Assembly (NCBI RefSeq): GCF_001194135.2
Contig: NC_068995.1
Coordinates: 23,587,872-23,651,871 of the forward strand
DNA: 64,000 nt
DNA from: Octopus bimaculoides
Taxonomy: Eukaryota
Direction: 5' to 3'
Part shown: positions 63,671 through 64,000 of the stretch, piece after piece
How positions within the stretch are numbered: position 1 is the stretch's first letter
How the letters are laid out: the number at the start of each line of letters is the position of its first letter
Translations under genes and position numbers: made by a program
Notes under the pieces: model-generated
Seen by the model: the letters and a program-made list of their open reading frames with translations, nothing else
The model's database searches: none
What the model was told of the DNA's origin: nothing

Positions 63671-63903
63671 TATTTCTTTATTGCTCACAAGGGGCTAAAC
63701 ATAGAGGAGACAAACAGGGACAGACAAAGAGATTAATTCGATTACATCGACCCCAGTGCATAACTGGTACTTAATTTATCGACCCCGAAAGGATGGAAGG
63801 CAAAGTCGACCTCAGCGGAATTTGAACTCAGAACGTAACGGCAGACGATACACCGCTAAGCATTTCGCCCGGCGTGCTAACGATTCTGCCAGTTCGCCGC
63901 CCT
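63671..63903 (-). mobile_element. SINE family B, full length (tail type 1)
   Basis: Matches 14047-14277 and 32794-33027. Confidence 0.92.
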
Positions 63904-64000
63904 ATTCTGCCAGCTCGCCGCCCTGTTCTGCCAGTTCGCCGCCCTGTTCTGCCAGCTCGCCGCCCTGTTCTGCCAGCTCGCCGCGCTGCCAGCTCGCTGC
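63884..64000 (-). repeat. 21-bp tandem array made of the 5' end of SINE B (at least 5 units, running off the window)
   Basis: TTCTGCCAGYTCGCCGCCCTR units start at 63884, 63905, 63926, 63947 and 63968, followed by a partial unit. Confidence 0.93.

Overview
This is AT-rich, repeat-saturated eukaryotic DNA with about 15 assembly gaps (N runs), most of them flanked by microsatellites. The tRNA-derived SINE families and the microsatellite load resemble an octopus / coleoid cephalopod genome; that assignment is inferred from recalled repeat sequences, not from a search. I found no supportable host protein-coding exon, rRNA, functional tRNA gene or CRISPR array, and the long ORFs in the track are N-gap or microsatellite artefacts. 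The window is a graveyard of decayed mobile DNA. Non-LTR fragments include HERO-like and R4/NeSL-like RLE, L1/Tx1, RTE and CR1-like pieces. DNA transposon relics include Tigger/pogo, mariner, maT-like elements and MITEs, and there are at least five modular SINE families. The most interesting signal is ten minimal type-I hammerhead ribozyme (HHR) motifs from about seven unrelated repeat families, most with a palindromic stem III and several with recurrent non-canonical cores. One lies in the terminal repeat (pLTR) of a Penelope-like element, and that repeat also carries a tRNA-like Pol III head. The Penelope element sits inside a mariner and is itself interrupted by a SINE. All translations, alignments and folds were done by eye.
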